From the NCBI GenBank assembly GCA_963663545.1, contig OY760505.1, positions 1,440,001-1,504,000 on the forward strand: DNA of 64,000 nt, read 5' to 3'. Position 1 is the stretch's first letter; each line of letters begins with the position of its first letter. Below, in pieces: positions 11,368 through 23,407 of the stretch. The notes under the pieces were generated by a model. It saw only the letters and a program-made list of their open reading frames with translations, did not search any database and was not told where the DNA came from. Position numbers and translations under genes: made by a program. This DNA is from Candidatus Delongbacteria bacterium. Its GTDB lineage: Bacteria > CAIWAD01.

Positions 11368-13160
11368 CGCTCTACCTTAAGCATGGCGAGGAAGGCTTCC
11401 TGAGGAATCTCCACGGTGCCCACCTGCTTCATTCTCTTCTTGCCCTCTTTCTGCTTCTCAAGCAGTTTTCGCTTACGCGAAATGTCACCGCCGTAGCACT
11501 TGGCCGTTACATTTTTGCGCAACGCTTTCACCGTAGTACGCGAAATAACCTTGGTTCCCAAGGCTCCCTGGATGGCCACCTCAAAGAGCTGGCGCGGAAT
11601 GAGCTCCTTGAGCTTGATGCACATCTTGTTGCCCCACTCCCAGGCCTTGTCCTGATGCACGATCAGGCTAAGGCTGTCCACCACATCGCCATTGATCATG
11701 ATATCCAGGCGCTTGAGCTGGCTTCTACGGAACTCCAGAAACTCGTAGTCGTAGCTGGCGTAGCCGCGTGTTACAGTCTTCAGGCGGTCGTAGAAGTCAA
11801 AGACGGTTTCGGCCAAGGGGAATTCGTAACTCAGGTTGGCTCGGGTCGGGTCGATGTACTCGGTGCCGACGTAGATGCCTCGGCGCTCCATCGCCAGCTG
11901 CATGATGCTGCCGATGTATTCGCTGGGCGTAATAATGGAAGCCTTGACGTAAGGTTCCTTCACCCATTCAATTTTCTCGTTGCGCGGGAATTCGGCCGGG
12001 TTGTCGACGATCTTGTCTTCCTCGCCCGGCTGTTTCACGATGTATTCCACGTTGGGCATCGTGGTAATGATGTCCAGATCGTACTCGCGTTCGAGGCGCT
12101 CTTGAATGATCTCCATGTGGAGCAGCCCCAGGAAACCGCAACGGAAGCCAAAGCCCAGCGCGAGACTGGTTTCGGGCTGATAGACGAGGGAAGAGTCGTT
12201 CAGGCAAAGCTTGGCCAGCGCATCGCGCAGTTCTTCGTACTCCTCGGCCTTGACCGGATAAAGCCCGCTGTAAACCATGGGCTTCACGACTTCATAACCT
12301 TCGAGCGGCTGTGTCGCGCCGCCGCGCTTGAGTGTGAGTGTATCACCGACCTTGGCGTCGCGCACATCCTTGCTGCCCAAGACCACGTAGCCGACTTCGC
12401 CCGCCGAGAGGCGCTCGCGCACTTGGCGCTTCAGCCGAAGTCCGCCCACTTCGTCGATCTGGAAGAAGTTCTGGTTGTGCATCGAAAGCACTTCACTGCC
12501 CTTCTGCAGTGTTCCATCAACGACGCGTACATAGACCACCGTACCACGGTAGTTGTCGTACAACGAGTCGAAAATGAGCGCGCGAAGCGGTCCGTCGGCG
12601 TTGCCTTTGGGCGCAGGCACTTTGTTCACGACGGCTTCCAGCAGTGCGTCGCAGTTCTGACCGGTCTTGGCACTGACGGGGATGACCTCGTCGGGATCGC
12701 AGCCGATCAACTCCACAACCTGTTGTATCACTTGTTCCGGCTGTGCATTGGGTAGATCGATTTTGTTGACCACTGGAATGATTTCCAGATCCTGCTCGAT
12801 GGCCGAGTAAAGGTTGGCCAGCGTCTGCGCTTCCACTCCCTGAGCGGCATCCACCACCAGGATAGCACCCTCGCAGGCGGCTAGGCTGCGGCTGACCTCA
12901 TAGGCAAAGTCGACGTGACCGGGAGTATCAATCAAGTTGAGCTGATAGGTTTGCCCGTCCCGCGCCTTGTAGCTCATGGTAATCGGGTGGGCTTTGATCG
13001 TAATGCCACGCTCCTGCTCCAGCTCCATGTCGTCCAGCACCTGCTTCCGCATTTGCTTGGCCTCAAGAGTGCCGGTCAGCTCGAGCAATCGGTCGGCAAT
13101 GGTTGACTTGCCGTGGTCGATGTGGGCAATGATGCAAAAGTTGCGCACGCGCTCCTGCAT
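11364..13160 (-). CDS. lepA: Translation elongation factor 4 (LepA)
   Basis: [47 protein letters not shown]. Confidence 0.99.
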   Translation of the reverse strand: MQERVRNFCIIAHIDHGKSTIADRLLELTGTLEAKQMRKQVLDDMELEQERGITIKAHPITMSYKARDGQTYQLNLIDTPGHVDFAYEVSRSLAACEGAILVVDAAQGVEAQTLANLYSAIEQDLEIIPVVNKIDLPNAQPEQVIQQVVELIGCDPDEVIPVSAKTGQNCDALLEAVVNKVPAPKGNADGPLRALIFDSLYDNYRGTVVYVRVVDGTLQKGSEVLSMHNQNFFQIDEVGGLRLKRQVRERLSAGEVGYVVLGSKDVRDAKVGDTLTLKRGGATQPLEGYEVVKPMVYSGLYPVKAEEYEELRDALAKLCLNDSSLVYQPETSLALGFGFRCGFLGLLHMEIIQERLEREYDLDIITTMPNVEYIVKQPGEEDKIVDNPAEFPRNEKIEWVKEPYVKASIITPSEYIGSIMQLAMERRGIYVGTEYIDPTRANLSYEFPLAETVFDFYDRLKTVTRGYASYDYEFLEFRRSQLKRLDIMINGDVVDSLSLIVHQDKAWEWGNKMCIKLKELIPRQLFEVAIQGALGTKVISRTTVKALRKNVTAKCYGGDISRKRKLLEKQKEGKKRMKQVGTVEIPQEAFLAMLKVER

Positions 13161-13239
13161 CGAGGTCTCCGTGATAGAATACAGGCGGGAACCCGCTTCA
13201 GCAGACTCCCGCCTGATGGTTGCGGTATCACAGCAAGTC

Positions 13240-13797
13240 TTAGACCTGCATGATGTCCTTCTGCTTGTCGTCCAGCAGCTTGTCGATGGCTTCGCAGTGC
13301 TTATCCGTCGCGTCCTGGACTTCCTTCAGCGCACGCTTCTCCTCGTCCTCCGAGAAATCGCCTGCTTTGACTCCCTTCTTCAGGTGGTCATTGGTGTCAC
13401 GGCGCACATTGCGCACGGCCACCTTGGCTTCTTCGGCCATACGAGAGACCTGCTTCACCAGATCCTTGCGTCGCTCTTCGCTCAACTCGGGCAGCGGTAC
13501 GCGGACCACTACACCGTCGTTGCTCGGATTCAATCCCAGATCGGAAGCCAGAATGGCCTTCTCGATGGGTCCCACCATGTTCTTTTCCCAGGGCTGAATC
13601 AGGATCATGCGCGCCTCGGGAGCGCTCATGTTGGCCACCTGACTTAGCGGCACCATAGAGCCGTAGTAGTCGACGCGAATCGGATCCAGCACGGCGGGTG
13701 AAGCCTTGCCAGCGCGTACGGTGCTAAACTTGCCTTCCAGCTCTTCGACGGTGCGATCCATGTGATGCACCATCTTGGTGAGGAGTTCCTGAAGCAC
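13240..13797 (-). CDS. frr: Ribosome recycling factor
   Basis: [23 protein letters not shown] start at 13797 after GGAGG gives 185 aa. Confidence 0.96.
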   Translation of the reverse strand: MLQELLTKMVHHMDRTVEELEGKFSTVRAGKASPAVLDPIRVDYYGSMVPLSQVANMSAPEARMILIQPWEKNMVGPIEKAILASDLGLNPSNDGVVVRVPLPELSEERRKDLVKQVSRMAEEAKVAVRNVRRDTNDHLKKGVKAGDFSEDEEKRALKEVQDATDKHCEAIDKLLDDKQKDIMQV

Positions 13798-13799
13798 GG

Positions 13800-14525
13800 T
13801 CAGCCTCCTGTAATCACGGTACCCAGCTTTTCTCCAAGAAGCAGTCGGCGCAAGTTGCCGTCCACGTTCATGTTGTACACACGAAGAGGCAGGTTGTTGT
13901 CCATGCACAGGCTGATGGCCGTGCTGTCCATGACCTTGAGCTGCTTCGACAGGACTTCAAGATAGGTCAGTTTGTCGAAAAATACTGCGTCGGGATGTGT
14001 CACGGGATCGGCGCTGTAAATGCCGTCCACCTTGGTGCCCTTGATGAGCACGTCGGCTTTGATCTCGCTGGCACGCAGTGCGGCAGCAGTATCCGTCGAG
14101 AAATAGGGATTGCCCGTACCACCGGCGAAAATCACCACACGCCCCTTCTCGAAGTGACGCAGTGCGCGTCGCACAATGAAGGGCTCGGCGACGCGAGTAA
14201 TGGTAAGTGCGCTTTGAACGCGTGTGGGAACTCCGGCCGCCTCAAGCGCTTGCTGCACGGCCATGGCATTTATCACCGTAGCCAGCATGCCCATGTAATC
14301 GGCCGTAGTGCGATCCATCTTGCGACCAGCCCCACTGAGCCCGCGAAAGATGTTGCCACCGCCGATGACCAGACCTACTTCGACACCCAGCTCGCGAACG
14401 TCGCGGATTTCTTCGGCCATTTTGGCCAGCACATCCACATCCAGACCCTGGCCGGCCTCACCAGCGAGCGCCTCTCCGCTGAGTTTCAGCAGAATACGCT
14501 TGTAGACAGGAGCAGACATTGTCAT
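13800..14525 (-). CDS. pyrH: UMP kinase
   Basis: [29 protein letters not shown]. Confidence 0.98.
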   Translation of the reverse strand: MTMSAPVYKRILLKLSGEALAGEAGQGLDVDVLAKMAEEIRDVRELGVEVGLVIGGGNIFRGLSGAGRKMDRTTADYMGMLATVINAMAVQQALEAAGVPTRVQSALTITRVAEPFIVRRALRHFEKGRVVIFAGGTGNPYFSTDTAAALRASEIKADVLIKGTKVDGIYSADPVTHPDAVFFDKLTYLEVLSKQLKVMDSTAISLCMDNNLPLRVYNMNVDGNLRRLLLGEKLGTVITGG

Positions 14526-14534
14526 CCCCCTTGA

Positions 14535-14563
14535 GAAAGAAAAGGCCCGCTTCCGCGGGCCTT
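14535..14563 (-). terminator. Intrinsic terminator after tsf
   Basis: aaggcccgc-ttcc-gcgggcctt hairpin followed by a T-rich tract on the minus strand. Confidence 0.75.
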
Positions 14564-14567
14564 GGAA

Positions 14568-15449
14568 TCAGCCACCGATTACGTAATTGACGAAGCTCGC
14601 CACCGTAATTGTATCACCAAGTGACTTGGCCACCTGGTTGATGTGAGCCTGAACCGGAGTCTTGTCCTCCTTGACGAAGGCCTGCTCCATCAGGGTCACT
14701 TCAGAATAGAACTTGTTCAGCTTGCCCTGGGCGATCTTGTCGATCATCTGCTCGGGCTTGCCCTCGTTGCGGGCGATATCGCGGTACACGTCCAACTCGC
14801 GCTCGATCATGGTCTGATCGACGCCGTTGCGATCAACGGCCACAGGCTGGAAGGCGACGATCTGCAGAGCCAGGTCGTTCACTAGCTGACGGAAATCGTC
14901 GGCCTGAGCGGTCTCGGGCTTGCCACAGGTTACGGCGATCATCACACCGTGCTTGTCGCCCAGGTGGATGTAGCTGTGAACCATGCCATTGGTACCAGAG
15001 GGAATCTCAACCTTGGAGAAGCGCTTGACATCCAGCTTCTCGCCCAGCTTGGCAACCATAACCTCGAGCTCCTCGCGCAGGGCCTTGCCGGGCTGGCCGG
15101 GGTTCTCTGCATTCAGCAGCTCGTCGCTGTTGGCAATTTCCTTCTCCAGCACAACCTGGGTGCAGGCCTTGCCGAAATTGCGGAAGTCTTCCGTACCGGC
15201 CACGAAGTCGGTCTCGGAATTGAACTCGAGGATGGCGCCCTTGCGCGCATCGCCGGTTACCAACGCAATCACCTTGCCCTCATTCGCATCGCGATCCGCA
15301 CGCTTCTCGGCCGTCTTCAGGCCCTTCTTGCGCAGGAAATCCACAGCGGCGTCAAAATCGCCGTTGGCCTCGGCAAGGGCAGCCTTACAGTCCAGCATAC
15401 CTGCACCGGTCATCTGGCGCAGTTTCATGACTTCTTTTGCGGTCGACAT
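14568..15449 (-). CDS. tsf: Elongation factor Ts
   Basis: LRQMTGAGMLDCK, NSETDFVA, EGKPEQMIDKI; ATG 15449 after GGAG. Confidence 0.98.
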   Translation of the reverse strand: MSTAKEVMKLRQMTGAGMLDCKAALAEANGDFDAAVDFLRKKGLKTAEKRADRDANEGKVIALVTGDARKGAILEFNSETDFVAGTEDFRNFGKACTQVVLEKEIANSDELLNAENPGQPGKALREELEVMVAKLGEKLDVKRFSKVEIPSGTNGMVHSYIHLGDKHGVMIAVTCGKPETAQADDFRQLVNDLALQIVAFQPVAVDRNGVDQTMIERELDVYRDIARNEGKPEQMIDKIAQGKLNKFYSEVTLMEQAFVKEDKTPVQAHINQVAKSLGDTITVASFVNYVIGG

Positions 15450-15488
15450 GATCAAACTCCTATAACGAATGCCAGAGGCGGCAGGAGA

Positions 15489-16352
15489 CTACTCCTGCCC
15501 CTCAACGGGCTTGGTCTCGGTCTTGTTCTCAGCCTTGGGCTTGCGCGGGGCACGCGGTGCGGAAGCGCCTTCCTCCGGGCGACGACGACGACGACGGGCC
15601 GGACCCTTGTCCTCGTCACGGGCACGCTCGGGATCATGCAGCTCGCCCTCGGCACCGTGGCCGTCCTTGCGCAGCATGCGAGCCTCTTCCACCGCCTCGG
15701 CCAGGCACTTGGTGATGACCGCGATGGACTTGAAGCTGTCGTCGTTGGCCGGAATCACGTAATCGACCACATCCGGATCACTATTGGAATCGCAGATGGC
15801 GAACACAGGCAGACCCAGCTTACGGGCTTCGCGCACGGCAATGGTCTCACGCATGGTATCAACCACGAAGACGGCGGCCGGCAGGCGCTTCATGCGACGG
15901 ATACCGCCCAGCACCTTCTCGAGCTTCTCTTTCTGGCGCTCGATCTGCAGCTGCTCTTTCTTGGTGATGCGCTCGTAGGTACCGTCGGAAGCCTTGGCCT
16001 CCAACTGCTCCAGGGTGCGCACGCTGTTGCGGATGGTGCGGAAGTTGGTAAGCATACCACCCAGCCAACGCTCGCTGACATGGTGCATGCTGCAACGCTC
16101 GGCCTCTTCCTTCATGATGTCGCGGGCCTGATCCTTGGTACCGACAAAAAGAATGTCGCCACCATCGGCCACGATCTTGCCAATACGATTGGCGGCGTCC
16201 TCAAGGAGGCCCTCGGTCTTCTTCAGATCAAGAATGTGCACGCCATTCTTTTCCATGAAGATGAAGGGACGCATTTTGGGATTCCAACGGCGGGTGAGGT
16301 GCCCGAAGTGGGCGCCCGCCAGCAGAAGCTGCTGGATGGATACGCGAGGCAT
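15489..16352 (-). CDS. rpsB: 30S ribosomal protein S2 with charged C-terminal extension
   Basis: AGAHFGH, WNPKM, RWLGGMLTNF, IPANDD. Confidence 0.99.
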   Translation of the reverse strand: MPRVSIQQLLLAGAHFGHLTRRWNPKMRPFIFMEKNGVHILDLKKTEGLLEDAANRIGKIVADGGDILFVGTKDQARDIMKEEAERCSMHHVSERWLGGMLTNFRTIRNSVRTLEQLEAKASDGTYERITKKEQLQIERQKEKLEKVLGGIRRMKRLPAAVFVVDTMRETIAVREARKLGLPVFAICDSNSDPDVVDYVIPANDDSFKSIAVITKCLAEAVEEARMLRKDGHGAEGELHDPERARDEDKGPARRRRRRPEEGASAPRAPRKPKAENKTETKPVEGQE

Positions 16353-16359
16353 TTGATGC

Positions 16360-16445
16360 TCCTTTGGTTATTCCTCCACGCCCTTCCTCTTCTCGCGGAA
16401 TCCCGAGGGACACCACCACGAAAATCCAGGCGTGTGCACTTTCGG
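16360..16445 (-). promoter_or_regulatory. Probable S2 autoregulatory leader RNA in the rpsB 5' UTR
   Basis: Minus strand reads CACACGCC...GGGCGTGGAGG-AATAACC-AAAGGAG just before the rpsB ATG, resembling the conserved rpsB leader. Confidence 0.6.
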
Positions 16446-16543
16446 CCAATGGCCGTGTCCGGTGTTGCCGGACGTAACAACGGGCTGCCGGAAAAATCCA
16501 GCAGCCCGGGACGTTCAATTCCGAAGCGAGACGGCGAAAGCCA

Positions 16544-16948
16544 TTAGCGCTTGGAGAACTGGAAGCGCTTGCGGGCGCCGGGCTGGCCGTACTTCTTACG
16601 TTCGACCATGCGGCTGTCGCGGGTCAGGAAGCCAGCGCGACGCAGCGGGCTGCGCAGCTCTTCATCCATGACCACAAGGGCGCGACTGAGGCCGTGACGC
16701 AGGGCGCCAGCCTGGCCGGACAAACCACCACCGGCGACGGTGGCGTAAATGTCGAGCTTGCCAAGCATGTCGACGGTCTCAAGCGGCTGCTCGATGACCA
16801 TCTTCAGCGTCTCGCGCTTGAAGTGACCGATGATGTCACGGTGATTCACTTCCACCTTGCCCGTTCCGGGCTCGATCCACACGCGAGCCACGCTGGTCTT
16901 GCGGCGACCAGTAGCGTAGAAGCGCTTGGTGTTGCGGGTAGTAGCCAT
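16544..16948 (-). CDS. rpsI: 30S ribosomal protein S9
   Basis: [45 protein letters not shown]. Confidence 0.99.
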   Translation of the reverse strand: MATTRNTKRFYATGRRKTSVARVWIEPGTGKVEVNHRDIIGHFKRETLKMVIEQPLETVDMLGKLDIYATVAGGGLSGQAGALRHGLSRALVVMDEELRSPLRRAGFLTRDSRMVERKKYGQPGARKRFQFSKR

Positions 16949-16949
16949 G

Positions 16950-17378
16950 CTAGAACCTCAACTCCTTGGGCTGCTGGGCCTCGTGCGGATGCTCGGGACC
17001 AGTGTACACTTTCAGCTTCTTGATCAACTGCCTTCCCAGGCGGTTATGGGGCAGCATGCCCTTGACCGCGTGATTAATGATGAAGGCGGGATCCTTGGCC
17101 ATCTGGGCACGGAAGGTCACCGTACGGGCACCACCGGGATATCCGGTATGATGGAAGTAGGTCTTGTTTTCGGCCTTGTTGCCGGTCAAAACAACCTTGT
17201 CCGCATTCACCACTACCACAAAGTCGCCGTTGTCCAAATGAGGACTGTACAGCGGTTTGTGCTTGCCACGCAAAATGCGCGCAATATTGGAAGACAGCCG
17301 GCCCAACACCTGGTCTGCAGCATCAACTACATACCAGTCATGCTGGATGTCGCCGGGTTTTGCGGTATAAGTCTTCAC
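16950..17378 (-). CDS. rplM: 50S ribosomal protein L13
   Basis: [31 protein letters not shown] start at 17378 after GGAG gives 142 aa. Confidence 0.98.
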   Translation of the reverse strand: MKTYTAKPGDIQHDWYVVDAADQVLGRLSSNIARILRGKHKPLYSPHLDNGDFVVVVNADKVVLTGNKAENKTYFHHTGYPGGARTVTFRAQMAKDPAFIINHAVKGMLPHNRLGRQLIKKLKVYTGPEHPHEAQQPKELRF

Positions 17379-17407
17379 GTCTCGCTCCATAAATTTGCAA
17401 GACAACC

Positions 17408-17436
17408 AAAATACTCCTCTGCAAGCAAGGAGTCAA
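17408..17436 (-). promoter_or_regulatory. Putative housekeeping promoter of the rplM operon
   Basis: Minus strand TTGACT-N17-TATTTT. Confidence 0.55.
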
Positions 17437-17518
17437 GCCTCTGCAAGCGAAAAATCGGCCAGAGACGAGTACAGCAGAGGGACAAATCAAATTCGGAACT
17501 CGCCCAGCGCGACGGTCC

Positions 17519-18682
17519 TCAGTCCATCAACTCCAGAACACAGAGCGTTTCCACGTGCTCGGTACGCGGCATCATGTCGAAAGGCTGCACACGTTCAATG
17601 CGGAAATGACTCTGCAGCAGTTTCAGATCCCGCGCCAAGGTCTCCGGGTTGCAGGAGAGGTACATGAGAAGACGTGGCTTGAGGACTTTCAAATCGCCGA
17701 TCAGCTCAGAGGCCAAACCCTTGCGCGGCGGATTGACGATTGCCACTTCGGGTTCGAAGAGCTCCAGCGAAATCAGCGAATCCTCGATCATGCCCCCCAC
17801 GGCGCTGATCTCATCGCGGCCATCCTGACGCGCGCCTTCCACCATGGGCGACTGAGTGTGTCGGTCGCCTTCGATCATCATCAGGCTGTCGGTGTCCCGT
17901 GTGATGCTTCGCCCGATGGCCCCCGTTCCTGCATAGATGTCTGCCACGCGCAGCGAGGCCTCCGTGCGGAAAGCATCCAGCCGCTCTCGCATGAGCTGCA
18001 GAATGTTCTTGAACTGCGCCAAGTTCACTTGCATGAAGCTGTTGGCACTGACGGGAATCGCCTTCTCCAGGAAGTAGACGGGTGAATACAACTGCCCGTG
18101 CAACAGCTCACTGTGGTAGCCAAGAATGCGGTTGCCGCGGTCGGGGTTCATGTTCTGATCAATACCGCGCAGCGTGGGGAATTCGGCCGCCAGACGCTTG
18201 GCCATGGTTAGCAGCTTCTTCTGCCACTCGCCCTCATTATGAACGGTCACAAAAGCGGCCATCATACGCTCTTCGTCAAGGACACGCAGGAAGAAGTAGC
18301 GCAGGAAGCCTTTGTGTCGGATCTCGTTGTAAACAGGTAGACCAAGCTCAAGCACGAGCTCCTTCACGCGATGGATCACAGGTTGCATGGCAGGATTGTG
18401 TTCGCTGCACCATTCCAGGTCAACGATCTCGTGGGTGCCCGGCTTGTAGATGCCCAACAGCACTTGGCCCGTGGCCTTGTCGAATCCGAAAGCCAGTTTA
18501 GCTGTGGCCCGGTAGCCTGATTCCTGGGGCGAGGCAATTACCGATGGAATATCGGGCATCACGCTTAGCCCGACCTGACTCAAACAGTCGTGAACCCGAC
18601 TCTGCTTCCAAGCCAGTTCTTCGCCGTAAGGTCTGTGATACCACTCCGAATCCTGGCAATGCTGACACCTGGGCTGAGTCAT
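17519..18682 (-). CDS. rlmD: 23S rRNA (uracil-C5)-methyltransferase RlmD/TrmA family
   Basis: SFMQVN, DIYAGTG, NPPRKG, YLSCNPETLARD, FDMMPRTEHVE. Confidence 0.85.
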   Translation of the reverse strand: MTQPRCQHCQDSEWYHRPYGEELAWKQSRVHDCLSQVGLSVMPDIPSVIASPQESGYRATAKLAFGFDKATGQVLLGIYKPGTHEIVDLEWCSEHNPAMQPVIHRVKELVLELGLPVYNEIRHKGFLRYFFLRVLDEERMMAAFVTVHNEGEWQKKLLTMAKRLAAEFPTLRGIDQNMNPDRGNRILGYHSELLHGQLYSPVYFLEKAIPVSANSFMQVNLAQFKNILQLMRERLDAFRTEASLRVADIYAGTGAIGRSITRDTDSLMMIEGDRHTQSPMVEGARQDGRDEISAVGGMIEDSLISLELFEPEVAIVNPPRKGLASELIGDLKVLKPRLLMYLSCNPETLARDLKLLQSHFRIERVQPFDMMPRTEHVETLCVLELMD

Positions 18683-18805
18683 GAGTCCTCCTGAAATGGA
18701 CGTGTAATGTGGAGAATACCAGCCACTTCTACAGAACTGTCAGCTCGGCTTCAGTTGGTGTGAGTGTGATACACGGCGAGTTAGCTGGTGGCAGAAAATG
18801 GCCCG

Positions 18806-19912
18806 CTACCTACCTGCCGATGCAAGCTGGCGCAGCAATTCTCCGTTGTTGCGACTGTGGCGCACGCGGTCAACGACCTCCTGCACCGCAGCTCTGGGGT
18901 CCAGCGTTGCAAGATGCGCACGCAGGCGATTGAGGCCCTCGGACTCCTCCTCGGGAAAGAGCAGCTCTTCGCGGCGAGTGCCCGAAGCTTTAATGTCGAT
19001 GGCAGGAAAAATGCGCAAATCGGCAAGCTGACGTTTGAGCACAAGCTCACTGTTGCCCGTGCCCTTGAATTCCTCATAGATCAGTTGATCCATGCGGCTA
19101 CCGGTCTCGATGAGCGCCGTGGCAATAATGGTTACACTGCCGCCCCCTTCGACCTTGCGGGCCAGACCGAAGAAACGGCGAGGAATTTCCATGGCGCGCG
19201 CGTCCAATCCACCACTCATGGTACGGCCTGCGCCCTTGCCGGAAAGGTTGAAGGCGCGCGTGAGACGCGTGATACTGTCCACCAGCACCACTGTATCACG
19301 GCCACACTCCAGCTCGCAACGAATGTGATCCATGGCCAGCTCTGCCAGTGACACATGGGAGCGAATATCCTTATCGCTGCTGCTGGCCAGCACCTGCGCT
19401 GGTACCGAGCGACGGAATTGTGTCACCTCCTCCGGGCGCTCGTCGATGAGCAACACCAGAATGCGAACCTCCTCGTCGGAAGCGTGAATGGCGGTAGCGA
19501 TCTCTTCCAACAGCCGTGTTTTACCCGTTCGCGGTGGCGCAACAATCAGGCAGCGACTTCCCCTTCCAAGCGGTGATACAAGATCCATCACTCGCATGGA
19601 CAGGTTTCCACCCTTGCCCAGGTCGAAGCGCTCACTTGGAGAAAGCGCTGGCAGTTTGTCGAAAGGAAGGCGACCAGCAAAGTCTACAGGATCGCCTCCG
19701 CACACTTCCGTGATACGTTTCAGCTCGCGAGAGCGTTTCGTCAGTTCGGCCTCACCCGTGATACAAACGCCGTTGATCAAGCCATAATGCTGTATCAACT
19801 GAGCAGGTACAAAAACGTCTTCAGGATGAGGTTGAAAGGATCTTTCGACGCTGCGCAGCCAGGCCTCTTTGTTTGAGAGACAATGCAGCACGCCATGTGC
19901 GCTTTCCATCAT
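18806..19912 (-). CDS. rho: Transcription termination factor Rho, short form (368 aa)
   Basis: IVAPPRTGKT, LLIDERPEEVT, DSITRL, YEEFKGTGNSE, RIFPAIDI, SGTRREELL. Confidence 0.9.
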   Translation of the reverse strand: MMESAHGVLHCLSNKEAWLRSVERSFQPHPEDVFVPAQLIQHYGLINGVCITGEAELTKRSRELKRITEVCGGDPVDFAGRLPFDKLPALSPSERFDLGKGGNLSMRVMDLVSPLGRGSRCLIVAPPRTGKTRLLEEIATAIHASDEEVRILVLLIDERPEEVTQFRRSVPAQVLASSSDKDIRSHVSLAELAMDHIRCELECGRDTVVLVDSITRLTRAFNLSGKGAGRTMSGGLDARAMEIPRRFFGLARKVEGGGSVTIIATALIETGSRMDQLIYEEFKGTGNSELVLKRQLADLRIFPAIDIKASGTRREELLFPEEESEGLNRLRAHLATLDPRAAVQEVVDRVRHSRNNGELLRQLASAGR

Positions 19913-19975
19913 GTCAGCTTTTCCGTTTCAATGGAAGCGGCCCGCCAGGAGACGGGCCGCGTCAGGTGTGAACAA

Positions 19976-21298
19976 TCAGGCCCGCTTGCGTTCCTGGGCC
20001 TGCTTCTGCTCACCGGCAGGCAGTTTCTTCTTGCCGCCCGTGAGCTGCTTGGTTTGGGCGCCCTCTTTGCGCCATGTAACACGGGGACGACGCTCGCCAC
20101 GGATGGAAGCCGGTGTTACAAGCACTTCGGCCACATCCTTGCGACCTGGCAGCTCGTACATGGTCTCCAGCAGCGCTGCCTCAACAATGCTGCGCAGTGC
20201 ACGTGCACCCGTCTTGCGCTTGCGTGAAGTGCGAACCACCTCGCGCAAAGCTTCATCCGAAAAACGCAGCGTCTGGCCTTCCATTTCAAAAAGGCGCTGA
20301 TACTGACGTACTACAGCATTTTTCGGTTCGGTGAGAATCTGCAGCATGGCGTCTTCGGAAAGTTCGCTCAAGGGAGCGATCACCGGCAGACGGCCAATCA
20401 GTTCGGGAATCAGACCGAAGTGCAGCAGATCATCAAATTCAACCAAGGCCAGCAACTCGCCCAGCGGCATGTCACGTGTATCCGCAATGGTGGCGCCAAA
20501 GCCCATGGTTTTCTTGCCAACACGCTGACGGATAATGGCATCCAGTCCGTCGAAAGCACCGCCGCAAATAAAGAGGATGTTGCGCGTGTTGATGTTGATC
20601 AGCTTCTGCTCAGGATGCTTGCGACCACCTTCCGGCGGCACGCTGGCAATGGTGCCTTCCAGCATCTTCAGCAGGGCCTGCTGCACACCCTCGCCGCTGA
20701 CATCACGCGTGATACTGACGTTGCCGTCCTTGCGGGCGATCTTGTCGATCTCGTCGATGTAAACGATGCCCATCTCAGCTGCTTCCACATCGTAGTTGGC
20801 AGCGTGCAGAAGGCGCACGAGGATGTTCTCGACGTCCTCGCCCACGTAGCCGGCTTCGGTCAGCACGGTGGCGTCGGCGATGGTAAAAGGAACCTGCAGG
20901 AAACGCGCCAGGGTCTGCGCTAGCAGGGTCTTGCCAGTACCCGTGGGGCCGACAAGCATGATATTGGCCTTCTGCAGCTCGACGTCATCGGTGACATCCT
21001 GGCTACGAATGCGCTTGTAATGGTTGTAGACGGCCACCGACAGAGACTTCTTCGCCTGCTCCTGCCCGATGACGTACTGGTCGAGGCGCTTCTTGATCTC
21101 GATGGGAGAGCCCAGATTTTCCAGCGCGGGACGGCGATTGCGCGTCATGTTGCGCTTGACGATCTGCGCGGAAGCGTCGACACACTCGTTGCAAATATTG
21201 ACGTTGGGCCCTTGGATCATGATCTGCACTTCGTGGCTGCTTCGGCCACAGAAGCTGCAAACCGGACTGTTATCGTAGGGGCCCTTGTCGCGATTCAT
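19976..21298 (-). CDS. clpX: ATP-dependent Clp protease ATP-binding subunit ClpX
   Basis: CSFCG zinc finger, [29 protein letters not shown]. Confidence 0.99.
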   Translation of the reverse strand: MNRDKGPYDNSPVCSFCGRSSHEVQIMIQGPNVNICNECVDASAQIVKRNMTRNRRPALENLGSPIEIKKRLDQYVIGQEQAKKSLSVAVYNHYKRIRSQDVTDDVELQKANIMLVGPTGTGKTLLAQTLARFLQVPFTIADATVLTEAGYVGEDVENILVRLLHAANYDVEAAEMGIVYIDEIDKIARKDGNVSITRDVSGEGVQQALLKMLEGTIASVPPEGGRKHPEQKLININTRNILFICGGAFDGLDAIIRQRVGKKTMGFGATIADTRDMPLGELLALVEFDDLLHFGLIPELIGRLPVIAPLSELSEDAMLQILTEPKNAVVRQYQRLFEMEGQTLRFSDEALREVVRTSRKRKTGARALRSIVEAALLETMYELPGRKDVAEVLVTPASIRGERRPRVTWRKEGAQTKQLTGGKKKLPAGEQKQAQERKRA

Positions 21299-21309
21299 GC
21301 AGACTCCGC

Positions 21310-21903
21310 TTACTTGTGCTTCAGCTGACTGGTGTACACCTGGTCCACGAGACCGTAGGCGACGGACTCTTCCGCGCTCATGAAATTGTCGCGGTCTGTG
21401 TCATGCTGAATGGTCTCAAGATCCTTGCCCGTGTGGTGCACCAGGATCTCGTTGAGCTTCTCACGGATCAGCAGGATTTCGCGCGCGTGAATTTCTACGT
21501 CGGAAGCCTGTCCGTAAGCGCCGCCCGACGGCTGATGAATCATCACGCGGCTGTGAGGCAGGGCATAACGCTTGCCCTTGGCACCCGCCGTCAGCAGAAG
21601 CGCGCCCATGCTGGCGGCCATGCCGATGCAAATGGTGCTCACATCCGGCTTGATGCACTGCATGGTGTCGTAAATGGCCAGACCGGCGCTCACGCTGCCG
21701 CCCGGGGAATTGATGTACAGATGGATGTCCTTCTCGGAATCCTCTGCCTCAAGAAACAGCAGCTGCGCCACCACCAGATTGGCGACGTAGTCGTTTACGG
21801 CTGTTCCCAGAAACACGATGCGCTCTTTCAGCAGACGGCTGTAGATGTCGAATGCGCGTTCGCCGCGGCCCGTCTGCTCGATCACTGTCGGGATCAAGGT
21901 CAT
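21310..21903 (-). CDS. clpP: ATP-dependent Clp protease proteolytic subunit
   Basis: [28 protein letters not shown]; start taken at MTLIPTV (21903). Confidence 0.98.
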   Translation of the reverse strand: MTLIPTVIEQTGRGERAFDIYSRLLKERIVFLGTAVNDYVANLVVAQLLFLEAEDSEKDIHLYINSPGGSVSAGLAIYDTMQCIKPDVSTICIGMAASMGALLLTAGAKGKRYALPHSRVMIHQPSGGAYGQASDVEIHAREILLIREKLNEILVHHTGKDLETIQHDTDRDNFMSAEESVAYGLVDQVYTSQLKHK

Positions 21904-21970
21904 ATCGTCTGTCTCCTCTGTGGGGTCGTCCTCTTCCTCGTATTGCGAAAAGAGAAACATACCCGGCAGA

Positions 21971-23275
21971 TCAGTTGGAGGTTTCAGCAGCACCGTTTTC
22001 CACTTCCCACGGTTCTTCACTGATCTCGGCCTGCTCGCTGAGGAAGCCCATCAGCTTCTTGTCCAACAGCTCGCCTGCAAGACGATCAAGGCCGCCACCA
22101 CGACGCAGCTGCAGACGCGCCGTCTGCGCATCAACGCCCATCATGCCAGCGTAGCGTTGAATCTCGGCGTCCATATCGCTCTCTTCGACACGAATCTCCT
22201 CTTGCTTGAGGATAGCGCGTGCCACAAGGCTCCACTGAATGTTGCGTGTCACCTGGTCGCGATAGCTGCGACGGACGATGTCCTCATCGATGGGATTGTC
22301 CGTGCCTTCCTTGGCGCGATGGATCAGGTCGTCCAGCTGGTTGTCAATCATTTTCTCGGGCACGTCCACCGGATTCGCCTCCAGCAGGGCCTCGATGAGG
22401 CTCTGGTGCAGGTTCTGCTCAATGGCGCGATCAAGCTGCTTCACCAGGTCCTCGCGCACGCGCACCTTCAACTCATCCAGCGTGTCGAAGCCAGGCGGGA
22501 CTTCCTTGGCAAAATCGTCGTTGAGCTCGGCCAGCTCCGCGCGCTTGACTTCGTGCACGGTCACCTGGTAATGCTCGGTCTTGCCAGCCAGCTCGGGATC
22601 GGGATCGTCCGCGTCATTGGTCACGCTGATGGCGCGATTCTCACCGGGCTTGATGCCCACCATCTGCTCGTCGAAGGCTGGCCCGTACTGGCCCTTACCC
22701 AACTCGACTTCGATGTTGCGATACAAACGACCTTCGAGCGCTTTGCCGCTCTCGTCGGTCTCCTGAATATTGCAGACAAGCTGGTCGCCGCTCAGCGCAC
22801 CGGCCTCAGCCTCGAGGGGAATCCAGGTGGCGTACTGGCGCTGCAGACTTTCGAGCGCGCGCTCCATATCGCGATCCTGGACATCGCGGACGCGACGAAC
22901 AACCGGAACGCCCTTGTACTTGGTCAACTCGACCTCAGGCTCCACCTCGACGCGGGCAACAAAACACAGCTCACCGCCGGGCTCGTGATCCACTTTGTCA
23001 ATGACAGCTTGATCGATGGGAGTCAGCTTCTGCTCCATGAGCGCCATGGGATAGCTCTCGTTCAGCAGTTCGTTGATTGCTTCACCGCGAGCCTGGTCGC
23101 CGTAGATCTTGCGCAGCATGCCTACGGGCACCTTGCCCTTGCGGAAGCCCTTCAGGTGGGCTTTGCGACCTAGGGTTTTCAGCTTACTCTCAACCCGCTC
23201 CTCAACCGTCGCGGCGGGCAGGGTTACGGTCAGCTCGCGCTCGGTGCGGCTGAGCTCCTTAACGGTGATGTCCAA
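21971..23275 (-). CDS. tig: Trigger factor
   Basis: GFRKGKVP signature; upstream of clpP; TTG start at 23275 inferred from an upstream GAAGG. Confidence 0.95.
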   Translation of the reverse strand: MDITVKELSRTERELTVTLPAATVEERVESKLKTLGRKAHLKGFRKGKVPVGMLRKIYGDQARGEAINELLNESYPMALMEQKLTPIDQAVIDKVDHEPGGELCFVARVEVEPEVELTKYKGVPVVRRVRDVQDRDMERALESLQRQYATWIPLEAEAGALSGDQLVCNIQETDESGKALEGRLYRNIEVELGKGQYGPAFDEQMVGIKPGENRAISVTNDADDPDPELAGKTEHYQVTVHEVKRAELAELNDDFAKEVPPGFDTLDELKVRVREDLVKQLDRAIEQNLHQSLIEALLEANPVDVPEKMIDNQLDDLIHRAKEGTDNPIDEDIVRRSYRDQVTRNIQWSLVARAILKQEEIRVEESDMDAEIQRYAGMMGVDAQTARLQLRRGGGLDRLAGELLDKKLMGFLSEQAEISEEPWEVENGAAETSN

Positions 23276-23308
23276 GGTGGTGATTCCTTCTTTGCTACTC
23301 GAAAAATA

Positions 23309-23391
23309 TGCGGGAAGGGGGACTTGAACCCCCACGCCCTAAGGACACAGGAACCTAAATCCTGCGCGTCTGCCAATTCCGCCATTCCCGC
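23309..23391 (-). tRNA. tRNA-Leu (anticodon TAG), CCA not encoded
   Basis: GCGGGAATGGCGGAATTGGCAGACGCGCAGGATTTAGGTTCCTG...GGGGGTTCAAGTCCCCCTTCCCGCA cloverleaf with long variable arm; usual position upstream of tig. Confidence 0.96.
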
Positions 23392-23407
23392 AATGACAGA
23401 ACCGGTG

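Noticed and set aside
15580..15596. (CGA)n microsatellite
   Set aside because: Encodes the poly-Arg stretch in the S2 tail; no sign of phase variation
14949..16547. 532-aa plus-strand ORF
   Set aside because: Antisense shadow of tsf/rpsB caused by strong codon bias; no recognisable motifs
21845..23173. 442-aa plus-strand ORF (and similar shadows such as 11655..12755 and 25459..26352)
   Set aside because: Antisense to tig, lepA and the UPF0210 gene respectively
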